DNA of 61,787 nt, filler included. It is 7 parts of 7 records of this genome, joined end to end, with 100 filler letters (N's around TTAATTAATTAA, not from the genome) between each part and the next. Parts side by side here need not be neighbours in the genome. Positions count along the whole stretch, not along the records: positions 1 to 5,336 come from DRR723986_4238; positions 5,437 to 13,223 come from DRR723986_4239; 5 more parts are not named here. One strand, 5' to 3'. Both the position numbers and the translations under genes were made by a program. The stretch's first letter is position 1; every line of letters starts with the position of its first letter. This document shows, piece by piece, positions 1-10,310 of the stretch. The notes beneath the pieces are model-generated. The model was not told the origin of the DNA and did no database searches. It worked only from the letters and a program-made list of their open reading frames with translations.

Positions 1-1387
1 TCATATCATCGGCGGCGGCATGGCCGGATCGGAAGCAACGTGGCAGGCGGCGAATGCCGGCGTGCCCGTCATTCTGCACGAAATGCGCGGCGTGAAAGGT
101 ACCGAGGCCCACCAGACCGACAAGCTCGCCGAGCTGGTCTGCTCGAACTCGTTCCGGTCCGACGATCACACGTCAAACGCGGTCGGCGTGCTGCACGAAG
201 AGATGCGCCGGGCGAACGGGCTGATCATTTCCACCGCGGCGGAACACCAGGTGCCGGCCGGCAGCGCCCTCGCCGTCGACCGCGAAGGCTTCGCCGAGGC
301 TGTCACAGCAAAGCTGGAAGCGCATCCGAACGTCACCATCGTGCGCGAAGAGATCGTCGGCATCCCGCCGGAAGACTGGGACAGCGTCATCATCGCCACC
401 GGCCCGCTGACTTCCATTCCACTCGCCGAAGCGATCCATGCGCATACAGGCGAAGACGATCTCGCCTTCTTCGACGCCATTGCGCCGATTGTTTATTTCG
501 ACAGCATCGACATGTCGAAGGCCTGGCGCCAGAGCCGGTATGACAAGCCGGGCCCCGGCGGCGACACGGCCGCCTATATCAACTGTCCGCTGTCGGAAGC
601 GCAATACAACGCCTTCATCGACGCGCTGATCGCGGGCGAGAAGACAGAGTTCCGCGACTGGGAAAAGGACACGCCCTATTTCGAAGGCTGCCTGCCGATC
701 GAAGTCATGGCGGAACGCGGCCGGGAGACGCTGCGCTTTGGCCCGATGAAGCCCGTCGGCCTGACCAATCCACACCAGCCAGACGTGAAGGCGCACGCCG
801 TCGTCCAGTTGCGTCAGGACAATGCGCTCGGCACGCTGTGGAACATGGTCGGCTTCCAGACCAAGCTGAAATACGGCGCGCAGACCGACATCTTCCGCAT
901 GATCCCCGGCCTTGAGAAGGCAGAGTTCGCGCGCCTCGGCGGCATCCACCGCAACACGTTCCTGAATTCACCGAAACTTCTGGACGCCCAGCTGCGCATG
1001 AAATCCATGCCGCGCCTGCGCTTTGCCGGTCAGGTCACGGGCGTCGAAGGCTATGTCGAAAGCGCGGCCATGGGCCTGCTCGCTGGCCGCTTTGCAGCTG
1101 CCGAGCGCCTCGGCCGTACGCTCGATGCGCCGCCGCCAACGACGGCGCTCGGCGCGCTGGTCACGCACATCACCGGCGGCCACCTTGAAGGCAAACAGAC
1201 CTTTCAGCCGATGAACATCAATTTCGGCCTTTTCCCGGATATCGAAGATTTCCCGAAGACCGACGAGAACGGCAAGCGCCTGCGCGGCAAGGCGAAAGGC
1301 CGCGCCAAGAAAGGCGCCCAGGCCGCCCGCGCCCTGCAGGACATTGATGGCTGGCTGGCGGCACAGGCGATGGTATCTGCTGAATAG
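1..1387 (+). CDS. trmFO: Folate/FAD-dependent tRNA (uracil-5)-methyltransferase TrmFO (Gid), 5' truncated by a few codons
   Basis: Frame is open from position 2 as [12 protein letters not shown] (FAD-binding GxG); [53 protein letters not shown] motifs. Confidence 0.95.
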   Translation, partial: HIIGGGMAGSEATWQAANAGVPVILHEMRGVKGTEAHQTDKLAELVCSNSFRSDDHTSNAVGVLHEEMRRANGLIISTAAEHQVPAGSALAVDREGFAEAVTAKLEAHPNVTIVREEIVGIPPEDWDSVIIATGPLTSIPLAEAIHAHTGEDDLAFFDAIAPIVYFDSIDMSKAWRQSRYDKPGPGGDTAAYINCPLSEAQYNAFIDALIAGEKTEFRDWEKDTPYFEGCLPIEVMAERGRETLRFGPMKPVGLTNPHQPDVKAHAVVQLRQDNALGTLWNMVGFQTKLKYGAQTDIFRMIPGLEKAEFARLGGIHRNTFLNSPKLLDAQLRMKSMPRLRFAGQVTGVEGYVESAAMGLLAGRFAAAERLGRTLDAPPPTTALGALVTHITGGHLEGKQTFQPMNINFGLFPDIEDFPKTDENGKRLRGKAKGRAKKGAQAARALQDIDGWLAAQAMVSAE

Positions 1388-1396
1388 GTCGGCTAA

Positions 1397-2137
1397 TTAT
1401 TTCAGCAACATCCACCCCGCCATGACCACCATCATGACGTTCTCCAGCAGCGATACGAAACCAAGCGGCACATTGGCGTTTCCGCCGACGCACGCGCATT
1501 TCAGGTCGCGCTTCTCGACATAAACAGCCCGATAAACCGAGACTGCCCCGATTGCGCCAATGAAGAGCGCCAGTGGCACGGCGAACCACATCAGTGCGCC
1601 CGCGATCATCAGTACGCCCGCGAGCAGCTCAGCAAACGGATAGATGTAGGCATACCGGACATGACGGCGCGCCAGCAGGTCGTAACCGAGAAATGTATTG
1701 GTGAAGGAATCGAGATCACGCAGCTTCTGCACCGCCAGCAAACACATGCTGATGGCGATGAACCATTCGGCCGTCTGAACCGTCAGCAGCGTGCCGTGCA
1801 TTGTCCAGCTCATGCCCAGGGCCATCAGGGCGGCAGAGGCAAAGATTGCGATCACCGGTGTATAGGTTTTCCGGTTCTTGTCCTTGACGGTCAGTCCAAG
1901 ATATCTCCGCAGGTCTTCGTGACCGCCGACACGCTGTCCATCGATGAAGGTTTGCGGCGTCGTCTTCACATCCTGTTCCGCTTTAAAGGCGTCGGCCTCC
2001 TCCCGGGATGTCAGCAACCGGTCGTCCACATCGAATCCCTTTCGGCGAAGCAAGGCACGGCTGCGAAGCCCGAAAGGACAAATATGTTCCGGCGTTTTCA
2101 TCCGGTAGAGAACGGCAACGGGTTTGGAATTCGGCAT
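1397..2137 (-). CDS. Glutaredoxin-like domain fused to a MauE/DoxX-family membrane domain
   Basis: N-terminal CPFG and TTPQTFIDGQRVGG (glutaredoxin fold); about 5 hydrophobic helices ending in LKCACVGG..VPLG..SLLEN (MauE-like); start placed at ATG 2137, downstream of the promoter. Confidence 0.8.
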   Translation of the reverse strand: MPNSKPVAVLYRMKTPEHICPFGLRSRALLRRKGFDVDDRLLTSREEADAFKAEQDVKTTPQTFIDGQRVGGHEDLRRYLGLTVKDKNRKTYTPVIAIFASAALMALGMSWTMHGTLLTVQTAEWFIAISMCLLAVQKLRDLDSFTNTFLGYDLLARRHVRYAYIYPFAELLAGVLMIAGALMWFAVPLALFIGAIGAVSVYRAVYVEKRDLKCACVGGNANVPLGFVSLLENVMMVVMAGWMLLK

Positions 2138-2171
2138 GGGATCAGCTCCGCTTGAAGAACGTCTCCACCGC

Positions 2172-2202
2172 ATATAAGTTCCGTACCATGGTACGGTTGC
2201 AA
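2172..2202 (-). promoter_or_regulatory. MerR-type promoter/operator for the Grx-MauE gene
   Basis: Minus strand reads TTGCAA-CCGTACCATGGTACGGAAC(19 bp)-TTATAT; perfect 16-bp palindrome CCGTACCATGGTACGG at 2181-2196. Confidence 0.85.
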
Positions 2203-2214
2203 GACGAAAATCAG

Positions 2215-2610
2215 ATGAGCATCGGGCAGCTCGCCCGCGCGGGCGGCGTGGGAGTGGAGACCGTCAGGTACTACCAGCGCCTCGGCCTCATGGCGCTTCC
2301 GGCGAGACCGTCTTCGGGCGGCCTGTCCGGCGGAACCCGCAAGTACGGCGCACCCGACATAGAGCGGCTGAGTTTCATCCGGTCTGCCCAGGCTGCCGGC
2401 TTTACGCTGAAGCAGATCGCCCGACTGATCGAACTCGACGCAACATCCGATCGCGCCGAAGTGCGCCAGATGGCCCGCAGCCGGATCGACGCGTTGGACC
2501 TTCAGATCAAGGAACTGAAACGCGCCCGCGCTTCGCTGAACCGGCTGGCTGACCGGTGCGACGACACCAACGGCGGCCCTTGCCCGATCCTGAAAGCGTT
2601 CGAAGTCTAG
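2215..2610 (+). CDS. MerR-family metal-responsive transcriptional regulator
   Basis: MSIGQLA..VGVETVRYYQRLGL HTH; C-terminal C-x7-C (CDDTNGGPCPIL). Confidence 0.92.
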   Translation: MSIGQLARAGGVGVETVRYYQRLGLMALPARPSSGGLSGGTRKYGAPDIERLSFIRSAQAAGFTLKQIARLIELDATSDRAEVRQMARSRIDALDLQIKELKRARASLNRLADRCDDTNGGPCPILKAFEV

Positions 2611-3257
2611 ACCTGTCCGGTCCTTATGGCTTTCAGGATGCTGAGGCGTTTGGTGACCGCGTCCGGTTCGCCCTTTTCGCTGTAGTGCTTTCGCAGGCGA
2701 TAATGGGCGACGGCCGGGCGGATGGATTTCGGCACTGGCTTCACGTGCGGGCCGAAAGCTTTTGTCTCTGAACGGCGCAGCGCGGCATAGGCCGGTGCGA
2801 CTTCGCCGATTTCCTCTGCCCAGTCATGGTGACTGGTCAGCATGCTGGCGGCGATCAGGGCGAGCCAGGCTTCCGGTTCCTTGCTGCGATCCTCCGCGAC
2901 AAAGGCCGCTTCATAGCCATCGACCAGCCTTTGCATGGCGGCAGGCTTTAACCGGCCAGCCGCAACTTCTTCCGCAAGCGCGAGGCAGACATCGTGTTCG
3001 CGGGGTGGCTTACCCTCTTCCAGCTCGTTCAGCGCCTCGCGCCACCACTGGAACCTGATCAGGCCCAGCGTCTCTTCGGAGACGGCGAGGCGCACCCGGG
3101 CCAGTTCGTATGCCAGCGCATAGAGCGCTGTCAGGGCCTGTCGCTGGGCCGCAGGCGCGTATCGGCTGGAGATCCAGCGGTCCTCATCGACCTTGCGGAC
3201 CCGCTTGTCGATTGCGGCCCACTGTGATTTGGAGAGGGGGTTGGTTGTATTCGGCAT
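2607..3257 (-). CDS. Squalene/phytoene synthase-like protein (NDUFAF6-like)
   Basis: DEDRWISSRYAP..ALYAL..ELARV..SEETLGLIRFQWWREAL signature; start uncertain (3257 or 3266). Confidence 0.75.
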   Translation of the reverse strand: MPNTTNPLSKSQWAAIDKRVRKVDEDRWISSRYAPAAQRQALTALYALAYELARVRLAVSEETLGLIRFQWWREALNELEEGKPPREHDVCLALAEEVAAGRLKPAAMQRLVDGYEAAFVAEDRSKEPEAWLALIAASMLTSHHDWAEEIGEVAPAYAALRRSETKAFGPHVKPVPKSIRPAVAHYRLRKHYSEKGEPDAVTKRLSILKAIRTGQV

Positions 3258-3321
3258 GGAACCCATATGTCGGATGACGCGCTTATCTACCAGATACATA
3301 CCTGCAAGAAAGGAATTCCAG

Positions 3322-3930
3322 ATGGCATTCACACTTCCCGATCTTCCCTATGGGCGCGATGCTTTGGCGCCGCACATTTCCGAACAGACATTGAACTTCC
3401 ACTATGGCAAGCACCATCAGGCATATGTCACCAACCTGAACGGCCTGATCGAAGGGACAGACCTCGAAAGCAAATCGCTCGAAGAGATCGTCAAGATCGC
3501 CGCAGCGGACGCCTCCAAGGCCGGCATGTTCAACAATGCCGCCCAGGTGTGGAACCACACCTTCTACTGGCATTCGATGAAACCGGGTGGCGGCGGCAAG
3601 CCCCATGGCAAGGCCGCAGAACTGATCGACCGCGACCTTGGCGGCTATGACGAGTTTGTCAAAGCGTTCAAGGCGGCTGGCGGTTCGCAGTTCGGTTCCG
3701 GCTGGGCCTGGCTGGTCCTGAAGGATGGCAAGCTGGCGATTACCAAGACGCCGAACGCTGAAACCCCGCTGACAGAAGAGGGCACCGCCCCGCTTCTCAC
3801 CATGGATGTGTGGGAGCACGCCTACTATCTCGACTACCAGAACTCCCGTCCGAACTACATGGACACCTTCCTCACGAGCCTGGTGAACTGGGACTTCGTC
3901 AATCAGAACCTCGCTGACGCGGGCGCATAA
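3322..3930 (+). CDS. sodB: Superoxide dismutase [Fe]
   Basis: HYGKHHQAY, FNNAAQVWNH, FGSGWAWL, DVWEHAYY; AAGGA RBS before ATG 3322. Confidence 0.95.
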   Translation: MAFTLPDLPYGRDALAPHISEQTLNFHYGKHHQAYVTNLNGLIEGTDLESKSLEEIVKIAAADASKAGMFNNAAQVWNHTFYWHSMKPGGGGKPHGKAAELIDRDLGGYDEFVKAFKAAGGSQFGSGWAWLVLKDGKLAITKTPNAETPLTEEGTAPLLTMDVWEHAYYLDYQNSRPNYMDTFLTSLVNWDFVNQNLADAGA

Positions 3931-3938
3931 TTGCGTTA

Positions 3939-3968
3939 GGGTCCCCGCGAAATATGTCGTGGGGACCC
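3939..3968 (+). terminator. GC-rich stem-loop after sodB (no clear U-tract)
   Basis: GGGTCCCCGCGA-AATATG-TCGTGGGGACCC, 12-bp stem with one G-U pair. Confidence 0.5.
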
Positions 3969-3972
3969 GACC

Positions 3973-4656
3973 ATGTTCTGTACGCAGTGCGGCCGAAAGT
4001 TCGGCGAGACTGACAGGTTTTGCGCCCAGTGCGGTGCGCCAAAAGCCAGCGCCGATTCCGGCGGCGAGCCGTCCCCGGCTACATCTCCGCCCGAAACGGA
4101 TCCCTCCATAGACTGGCGCGCATCGATGAATCCGCGCGAGATCATGGGGCATCCCGAGGTGCGTGCCCGGATCGAGGCCGTTACAGGCGCCAATCCCAAG
4201 GGCATTTCAGCAGAACAGTTCTACAAGTATGCCCGCCCGGTGATGATGATCACCGGCGCAGGCCCCGCCCCGCCACTGCAGATGATCAAGGATATTTCCC
4301 TGCCGATCTCCGCAAAACTGGGCATGAAGACCAGCCGGGATGTCACGCAGGGCTTCCGCAACACGTTCGGCGAGACCCTGGCGGCGGTGCTCTGTTCCCT
4401 TGCCAGCCGCAGCCAGCCCGTTGAGCACATCACCGATGCCGCGAATGGCTGCATCATCCGCTCGAAGATGCTCTCGTCCATCTGGTCGTGGGAAGGTGAT
4501 CTGATCATCACGCTGGAAACGCAGGAAGCCGGCACCCTGCTGAAAGGCGGCATCACCGTGCCGGGACAGTTGTCGGACATGGGCCAGTCCAAACGTGTCC
4601 TGAACATGCTGATCGAAGATGTCATGAAATACCGGGACACACCCCGTGCTGGCTGA
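3973..4656 (+). CDS. Zinc-ribbon domain hypothetical protein
   Basis: N-terminal MFCTQCG...RFCAQCG followed by a Pro/Ser linker. Confidence 0.75.
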   Translation: MFCTQCGRKFGETDRFCAQCGAPKASADSGGEPSPATSPPETDPSIDWRASMNPREIMGHPEVRARIEAVTGANPKGISAEQFYKYARPVMMITGAGPAPPLQMIKDISLPISAKLGMKTSRDVTQGFRNTFGETLAAVLCSLASRSQPVEHITDAANGCIIRSKMLSSIWSWEGDLIITLETQEAGTLLKGGITVPGQLSDMGQSKRVLNMLIEDVMKYRDTPRAG

Positions 4657-4838
4657 CTCCGGCCCCTGAACGCAGCCCCTTCACCTGACGCCCGAAATAC
4701 ACTATGTGCAGCGCACAAGACGCTCCGGGCATGGAAAGCGCCCGGTCCGCGGAACGTACAAGGGTGTACGGAAAGCGGAATGTTCGCGGCCATACGGGCC
4801 GCACCGGGTAACAACTTCCATCTCAGGAACGACAGACA

Positions 4839-5336
4839 TTGACTGAAACAACTTTTGCCGACCTCGGGCTCGGCCCGAATATCCTCAAGGCCCTGGACGA
4901 AGCGGGTTACAAGACCCCGACCCCGATCCAGGCCGAAGCCATTCCCAACGTTATTGCAGGCCGCGACGTCACAGGCATCGCGCAGACCGGTACGGGCAAG
5001 ACCGCCGCGTTCGTGCTGCCGATGATTCACCGCCTCGCCCGTGGCCGCGCCCGTGCCCGCATGCCGCGCTGCCTGATCCTCTGCCCGACACGCGAGCTCG
5101 CCGCGCAGGTTGCCGAGAATTTCGAAAAGTACGGCAAGTACCTGAAGCTCACCATGGCGCTGTTGATCGGCGGGGTCAGCTTCAAGGAACAGGAAGGACT
5201 GCTGCAGCGCGGGGTCGATGTCCTGATTGCGACGCCCGGCCGCCTGCTCGACCAGTTCGATCGCGGCAAGCTGCTGCTTATGGGCGTGGAATACTTCATC
5301 ATCGATGAAGCCGACCGCATGCTCGACATGGGCTTC
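4839..5336 (+). CDS. DEAD-box RNA helicase (RhlE-like), 3' truncated
   Basis: Q motif GYKTPTPIQ, AQTGTGKT, PTRELA, TPGRL, DEADRML; TTG start. Confidence 0.93.
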
Positions 5337-5436
5337 NNNNNNNNNNNNNNNNNNNNNNNNNNNNNNNNNNNNNNNNNNNNTTAATTAATTAANNNNNNNN
5401 NNNNNNNNNNNNNNNNNNNNNNNNNNNNNNNNNNNN
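5337..5436. other. Artificial contig spacer
   Basis: 44 N + TTAATTAATTAA + 44 N; genes truncated on both sides. Confidence 0.99.
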
Positions 5437-5815
5437 TGCGTTTTCCGGCAAGGATCCGACCAAGGTGGACCGCTCGGCTGCTTATGCCGCGCGCTATCTG
5501 GCCAAGAACGTTGTGGCCGCCGGTCTTGCGGATCGCTGCACGCTGCAATTGTCCTACGCCATCGGTGTGGCCAAGCCACTGTCGATCTATGTCGATACCC
5601 ATGGCACAGGTCAGGTGCATGAGGCGGCGATCGAAAAGGCCGTTGCCCAATGCATGGATCTGACCCCGCGTGGCATTCGCACCCATCTGGGGCTGAACAA
5701 GCCGATCTACCAGCGCACCGCTGCCTATGGCCATTTCGGTCGCGCACCCGAGGCCGATGGCGGCTTCTCCTGGGAGGCCACCAATCTGGTCGAGGCGCTG
5801 AAAGCCGCCGTTTAA
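5437..5815 (+). CDS. metK: S-adenosylmethionine synthetase, C-terminal fragment
   Basis: [38 protein letters not shown]. Confidence 0.95.
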
Positions 5816-5890
5816 CCCGACGCACAACCTGTGCTAGAGAATGACGACGCCCAGAACCGGGCGTCGTTTTCCTTTATGGGAGATTTTCAA

Positions 5891-6361
5891 ATGAGCAGCG
5901 CCAAGCATCCTTACACGCTGAATTTCATCAAACATTACGCAATCTTTGCCGCGACGATTGCGATCGTTTTCTACCTTTTGGTCCAGGTCGCGGGCCTTCG
6001 ATTCGACGGTGCGATCCTGCGCGGGGCGATGATCGGTGGCGCGATCGGGGCGATGATCGTGCCGTTCCAGTGGTTTGCCCAAAGCTATCGGGACAATGAA
6101 GGCAGTCGGGCAAGCGGTGGCACGGCCTGGAAATTCGCCCTGGTCTGGGCGGCGCTGGCAATGCTGGTCCATATGGTCATTGCCGTCGCGCTTTATGCCA
6201 TCGGCTGGCGGGTGCCGGGCATCCTGCCTCAGGAGCAGGTCCAGATGATCGGCGTTCTGATTGCCGTCGGGTTGTTCTTTCAAGTGCCGATCTTCCGCCT
6301 GTTCATCTGGTCGGCCTTCAGCGGTATCGAAGCACGCGAACGGCGGGCGCGCGGCGGTTGA
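5891..6361 (+). CDS. Hypothetical 4-TM membrane protein
   Basis: Four hydrophobic segments; GGAGA RBS before ATG 5891. Confidence 0.7.
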   Translation: MSSAKHPYTLNFIKHYAIFAATIAIVFYLLVQVAGLRFDGAILRGAMIGGAIGAMIVPFQWFAQSYRDNEGSRASGGTAWKFALVWAALAMLVHMVIAVALYAIGWRVPGILPQEQVQMIGVLIAVGLFFQVPIFRLFIWSAFSGIEARERRARGG

Positions 6362-6417
6362 GCCTCCGATGCTTTGCCGCTATGTCCGGCGGCTGATCCG
6401 GTATTCGAGGCACCAGC

Positions 6418-7131
6418 GTGAGCGACAACACCAAGCACCCCAAGGCCCCGTGGCGTAACTTCTATGGCCGCCGGAAGGGAAAGACCCTGCGCGACAGCCA
6501 GGAAACCTGGCTGGAAGAGGATCTCGCGGCCCTGTCCCCCGGTGCGGTCGATTGGGACGCCAACCCGGACCGGACAGCGCTTGACCTCGATACGCTGTTT
6601 GGCGGGCGCGATGTATGGCTGGAAGTGGGCTTTGGTGGCGGTGAACATATGGTGCATCAAGCCGCGCAGAACCCGGATGTCGGCATCATCGGGTGCGAGC
6701 CCTATATCAACGGCGTCGCCATGCTGCTTGGCAAGATCCGCGCGGCAGGCGTCAGCAACTTGCGGGTCCATCCCGGTGACGCGCGCGACATGTTCGATGT
6801 GTTGCCAGAGGCCAGCATTTCCCGCGCATTTCTGCTCTACCCAGATCCTTGGCCGAAAAAGCGCCACCATCGCCGCCGCTTCGTGACGCCAGAGCATCTG
6901 GAGCCGCTGGCGCGCGTTCTGAAACCCGGTGCGATCTTCCGGGTCGCAACCGATATCCCCGACTACGTTCGCCAAACGCTGGAAGAGGTGCCGCGCCAGG
7001 GGTTCGAATGGTTGGCGGAGGGGCCTCAGGACTGGCGTGACCCTTGGGGGGACTGGATCTCGACCCGATATGAGATGAAAGCCCTGCGCGAAGGGCGCAC
7101 GCCCCACTATCTGACCTTCCGCAAACGCTAG
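6418..7131 (+). CDS. trmB: tRNA (guanine-N7)-methyltransferase
   Basis: LEVGFGGGEH, GCEP, YPDPWPKKRHHRRR, ATD, TRYE. Confidence 0.95.
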   Translation: MSDNTKHPKAPWRNFYGRRKGKTLRDSQETWLEEDLAALSPGAVDWDANPDRTALDLDTLFGGRDVWLEVGFGGGEHMVHQAAQNPDVGIIGCEPYINGVAMLLGKIRAAGVSNLRVHPGDARDMFDVLPEASISRAFLLYPDPWPKKRHHRRRFVTPEHLEPLARVLKPGAIFRVATDIPDYVRQTLEEVPRQGFEWLAEGPQDWRDPWGDWISTRYEMKALREGRTPHYLTFRKR

Positions 7132-7182
7132 GACGCTTTGCGCACCGACACGCCGACCCATGGCCGGTTTGACGGAACGGCC

Positions 7183-7313
7183 CTTTCATCTTGGTGAAAA
7201 TACCTCGGGGGACGTCGCGAAGCGACCGGGGGCTGGCCCCCGACGGGCGGGCGAATGCCCCCGACAGGGGGTGTGAGCACGTCCGTTCCCGGGTCGACGC
7301 CGAAGGCGGCGAT
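7183..7313 (+). repeat. Intergenic palindromic repeat element (copy 1)
   Basis: CTTTCATCTTGGTGAAAATACCTCGGGGG followed by hairpins GTCGC-GAA-GCGAC, CGGGGG-CTGG-CCCCCG and CGCC-GAA-GGCG; the head motif recurs at 35405-35433 and 55656-55692. Confidence 0.75.
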
Positions 7314-7412
7314 CCGATCTGGCGCGTTGTCCGATCCCTGCCAATAGAAGAGTAGACGCCCCCCCTGTCAGGCGCTATCACCCGGCCCGAACCCTATGCA
7401 GGAGACGCGCCC

Positions 7413-8765
7413 ATGTCCGGCCACGGCAACCCCGTTCCCATGACCTCGCACCCCTCGGGGCCGCTGACCGGCACCGCCGATGTGCCGGGCGACAAGTCGA
7501 TATCGCATCGCAGTCTGATCCTGGGCGCCATGGCCGTCGGCGAAACCCGGATCACCGGGCTTCTGGAAGGTCAGGACGTGCTGGACACGGCCAAGGCGAT
7601 GAAGGCTTTCGGCGCGGATGTGGACCGGCTCGGGGACGGGGAATGGCGTGTGCATGGCGTGGGCGTCGGTGGATTTGCCGAGCCCGACAATGTCATTGAT
7701 TGCGGTAATTCCGGCACCGGTGTGCGGTTGATCATGGGGTCAATGGCGACTTGCCCGATCTCTGTGACCTTCACGGGCGACGCGAGCCTCAACAAGCGGC
7801 CAATGGCGCGGGTCACGGACCCGCTGGCGCTGTTTGGCTGTCAGTCGGTCGGGCGCTCTGGCGGGCGTCTGCCGATGACCCTCGTGGGCGCGGCTGATCC
7901 GGTTCCGGTGCGCTACACCGTGCCGGTGCCGTCTGCTCAGGTGAAATCGGCGGTTCTGCTGGCGGGGCTGAACGCCCCTGGCCAGACCGTGGTGATCGAA
8001 CAGGAAGCAACCCGCGACCACACCGAACGGATGCTGGCGGGCTTCGGGGCCGAGATCACCGTTGAAGACACCGATGAGGGCCGTGTCATCACCCTGACCG
8101 GCCAGCCGGAACTGAAGCCGCAAACCATCACCGTCCCACGCGATCCGTCCTCGGCGGCCTTCCCGGTTTGCGCGGCCCTGATCGTGCCGGGCTCGGACGT
8201 TCTGGTCCCCAATATCGGGCTGAACCCCACCCGCGCCGGGCTGTTTTATACCTTGCAGGATATGGGCGCGGATCTGACCTTTGAGAACATGCGCGAGGAG
8301 GGCGGCGAACCCGTCGCTGACCTGCGCGCGAAGTATTCGCCTGATATGAAGGGCATCGAGGTTCCGCCCGCGCGTGCCGCCAGCATGATCGACGAATACC
8401 CGATCCTGTCGGTCGTTGCGGCCAATGCCACGGGCCAGACCGTGATGCGCGGCGTCAAGGAACTGCGCGTGAAGGAAAGCGACCGGATCGACGCCATGGC
8501 CACGGGTCTGCGCGCGAACGGGATCGAAGTCGAGGATGGCCCCGACTGGTGGATTGTCACCGGCAAAGGCGCGGGGAACGTTCCGGGGGGCGGCCTGACC
8601 GAGAGCCATCTGGACCATCGCATTGCGATGTCCTTCCTCTGCCTTGGCATGTCGGCGCAAAACCCGGTGCGGGTCGATGATGCCAGCCCGATTGTCACCA
8701 GCTTCCCGATTTTCGAACCGCTGATGGCGGCGCTTGGTGCCTCGTTGGAACGCACCGACCCCTGA
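7413..8765 (+). CDS. aroA: EPSP synthase (class II)
   Basis: [43 protein letters not shown]. Confidence 0.97.
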   Translation: MSGHGNPVPMTSHPSGPLTGTADVPGDKSISHRSLILGAMAVGETRITGLLEGQDVLDTAKAMKAFGADVDRLGDGEWRVHGVGVGGFAEPDNVIDCGNSGTGVRLIMGSMATCPISVTFTGDASLNKRPMARVTDPLALFGCQSVGRSGGRLPMTLVGAADPVPVRYTVPVPSAQVKSAVLLAGLNAPGQTVVIEQEATRDHTERMLAGFGAEITVEDTDEGRVITLTGQPELKPQTITVPRDPSSAAFPVCAALIVPGSDVLVPNIGLNPTRAGLFYTLQDMGADLTFENMREEGGEPVADLRAKYSPDMKGIEVPPARAASMIDEYPILSVVAANATGQTVMRGVKELRVKESDRIDAMATGLRANGIEVEDGPDWWIVTGKGAGNVPGGGLTESHLDHRIAMSFLCLGMSAQNPVRVDDASPIVTSFPIFEPLMAALGASLERTDP

Positions 8766-8840
8766 AACGTCGCTTTCCGGCGTGACATCCGGGCGGGGGC
8801 CATGCTGTCCTTGGTCCAACGTCACGGAGTGGAGCGCGCG

Positions 8841-9242
8841 ATGATCACCGGAAGCTGCCTGTGCGGGGCTATTCACTACCGGATCGAGGTTCCCCTCGGC
8901 CCGGTTACCCCCTGTCATTGCACCCAGTGCCGGAAATCCACCGGGCATTTCAGCGCCGCGACCCCGGTAAAGTGGGACGATCTGGCGTTGGAAGGAGATC
9001 TGACCTGGTTCGAGTCCACCCCCGGCAAGGCGCGGCGCGGGTTCTGCGGCACCTGCGGCAGCTACATGATCTGGGAAGAATTTGACGGGCTGGCCTATGT
9101 CTCTGCCGGGACGATGGACAACCCCACGGGGTTAACGATCGACGCGCATATCTTTTATGCCGACAAGGGGGACTACTACCGCTGCGATGATGGCGTTCCC
9201 TGTTTCGCGCTAGGCCGGTCGAGCGAGGAAATGGCCCCATGA
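8841..9242 (+). CDS. GFA/CENP-V family Zn protein (copy 1)
   Basis: GSCLCG, CHCTQCRK, RGFCGTCGS. Confidence 0.9.
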   Translation: MITGSCLCGAIHYRIEVPLGPVTPCHCTQCRKSTGHFSAATPVKWDDLALEGDLTWFESTPGKARRGFCGTCGSYMIWEEFDGLAYVSAGTMDNPTGLTIDAHIFYADKGDYYRCDDGVPCFALGRSSEEMAP

Positions 9243-9643
9243 CAACCGGTTCCTGCCTCTGCGGTGCCGTTCAATTCACCGTCACCGGCCCGCTCAGGCC
9301 CGTCATCGCCTGCCACTGCGGGCAGTGCCGCAAATCGTCCGGACATCACGTGGCCGCCACCTCTGCGCATCGTGACCACATCGCGGTGACGGGCGCGGTG
9401 ACGTGGTTCCGGTCCTCCGACACCGCCCGGCGGGGGTTTTGCGGGACATGCGGCAGCAACCTCTTCTGGGATGGGGCGGGCGAGAATCTGTCGATCTTCG
9501 CCGGCAGCATCGACGGGGAAACCGGATTGCAGATCGCGGGCCATATCTTCTGCGCCTTCAAAGGCGACTATTATGACATCCCTGCCGATGTGCCACAGGC
9601 CGACGGCTACGACCCGCTGCTGACAACGCGGGTGGTGGACTGA
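9239..9643 (+). CDS. GFA/CENP-V family Zn protein (copy 2)
   Basis: GSCLCG, CHCGQCRK, RGFCGTCGS; ATGA overlap with copy 1. Confidence 0.9.
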   Translation: MTTGSCLCGAVQFTVTGPLRPVIACHCGQCRKSSGHHVAATSAHRDHIAVTGAVTWFRSSDTARRGFCGTCGSNLFWDGAGENLSIFAGSIDGETGLQIAGHIFCAFKGDYYDIPADVPQADGYDPLLTTRVVD

Positions 9644-9684
9644 ACGGGCTTGCACCCTTCAGCGGGCAAGGCTAGCTCTTGCAC

Positions 9685-10293
9685 ATGGCGTTCACAGTAG
9701 CAATCGACGGTCCCGCAGCGGCGGGCAAGGGAACCATCGCGCGGGCGGTGGCGGATCATTTTGGTTTTGGCTATCTGGACACCGGGCTGTTGTATCGTGC
9801 CGTGGGCCAGCGGATGCTGGACGGGGAAGACCCGGTGGAGGCGGCGGCGGCCCTGCGGGCCGAGGACCTCGACCACCCGGACCTGCGCGGGGCCGAGGCG
9901 GCGCAGGCGGCCAGCAAGGTTGCCGTGATCCCAGAGGTGCGCGCCGCGCTGCTGGACTTTCAGCGCGCCTTTTCCCGGCGCATGGGGGGCGCGGTTCTGG
10001 ACGGGCGCGATATCGGCACGGTGATTTGCCCCGAGGCGGAGGCAAAGCTCTATATCACCGCATCGGATGAGACGCGCGCCCGGCGGCGGCATAAGGAACT
10101 GGTGGCAAACGGGCGAGAGATCGGCTTTGACGAGGTGCTGGCGGAACTGCGCGAACGCGATGCCCGTGACAGCGCGCGGGCCACGGCACCGCTGAAACCT
10201 GCAGAGGATGCAATGATCATTGATACTTCGGACATGACGATCGAGCAGGCGCTGGCGGCGGCGATTGCGGCGATAGAGGCGCGGTGCGTGTAG
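9685..10293 (+). CDS. cmk: Cytidylate kinase
   Basis: [30 protein letters not shown]. Confidence 0.95.
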   Translation: MAFTVAIDGPAAAGKGTIARAVADHFGFGYLDTGLLYRAVGQRMLDGEDPVEAAAALRAEDLDHPDLRGAEAAQAASKVAVIPEVRAALLDFQRAFSRRMGGAVLDGRDIGTVICPEAEAKLYITASDETRARRRHKELVANGREIGFDEVLAELRERDARDSARATAPLKPAEDAMIIDTSDMTIEQALAAAIAAIEARCV

Positions 10294-10310
10294 TAGATCG
10301 GGGACAGTAG

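Noticed and set aside
2008..2214. ORF-track N-terminal extensions (MerR; likewise sodB 3193, norB 17013, USP 21206, M28 38789)
   Set aside because: They overlap neighbouring genes or operators; downstream starts have an RBS or family-typical N-termini.
2181..2610. Mercury-resistance operon or Tn21-like transposon
   Set aside because: No merT/P/A, transposase or terminal repeats, and the regulator lacks the third Cys.
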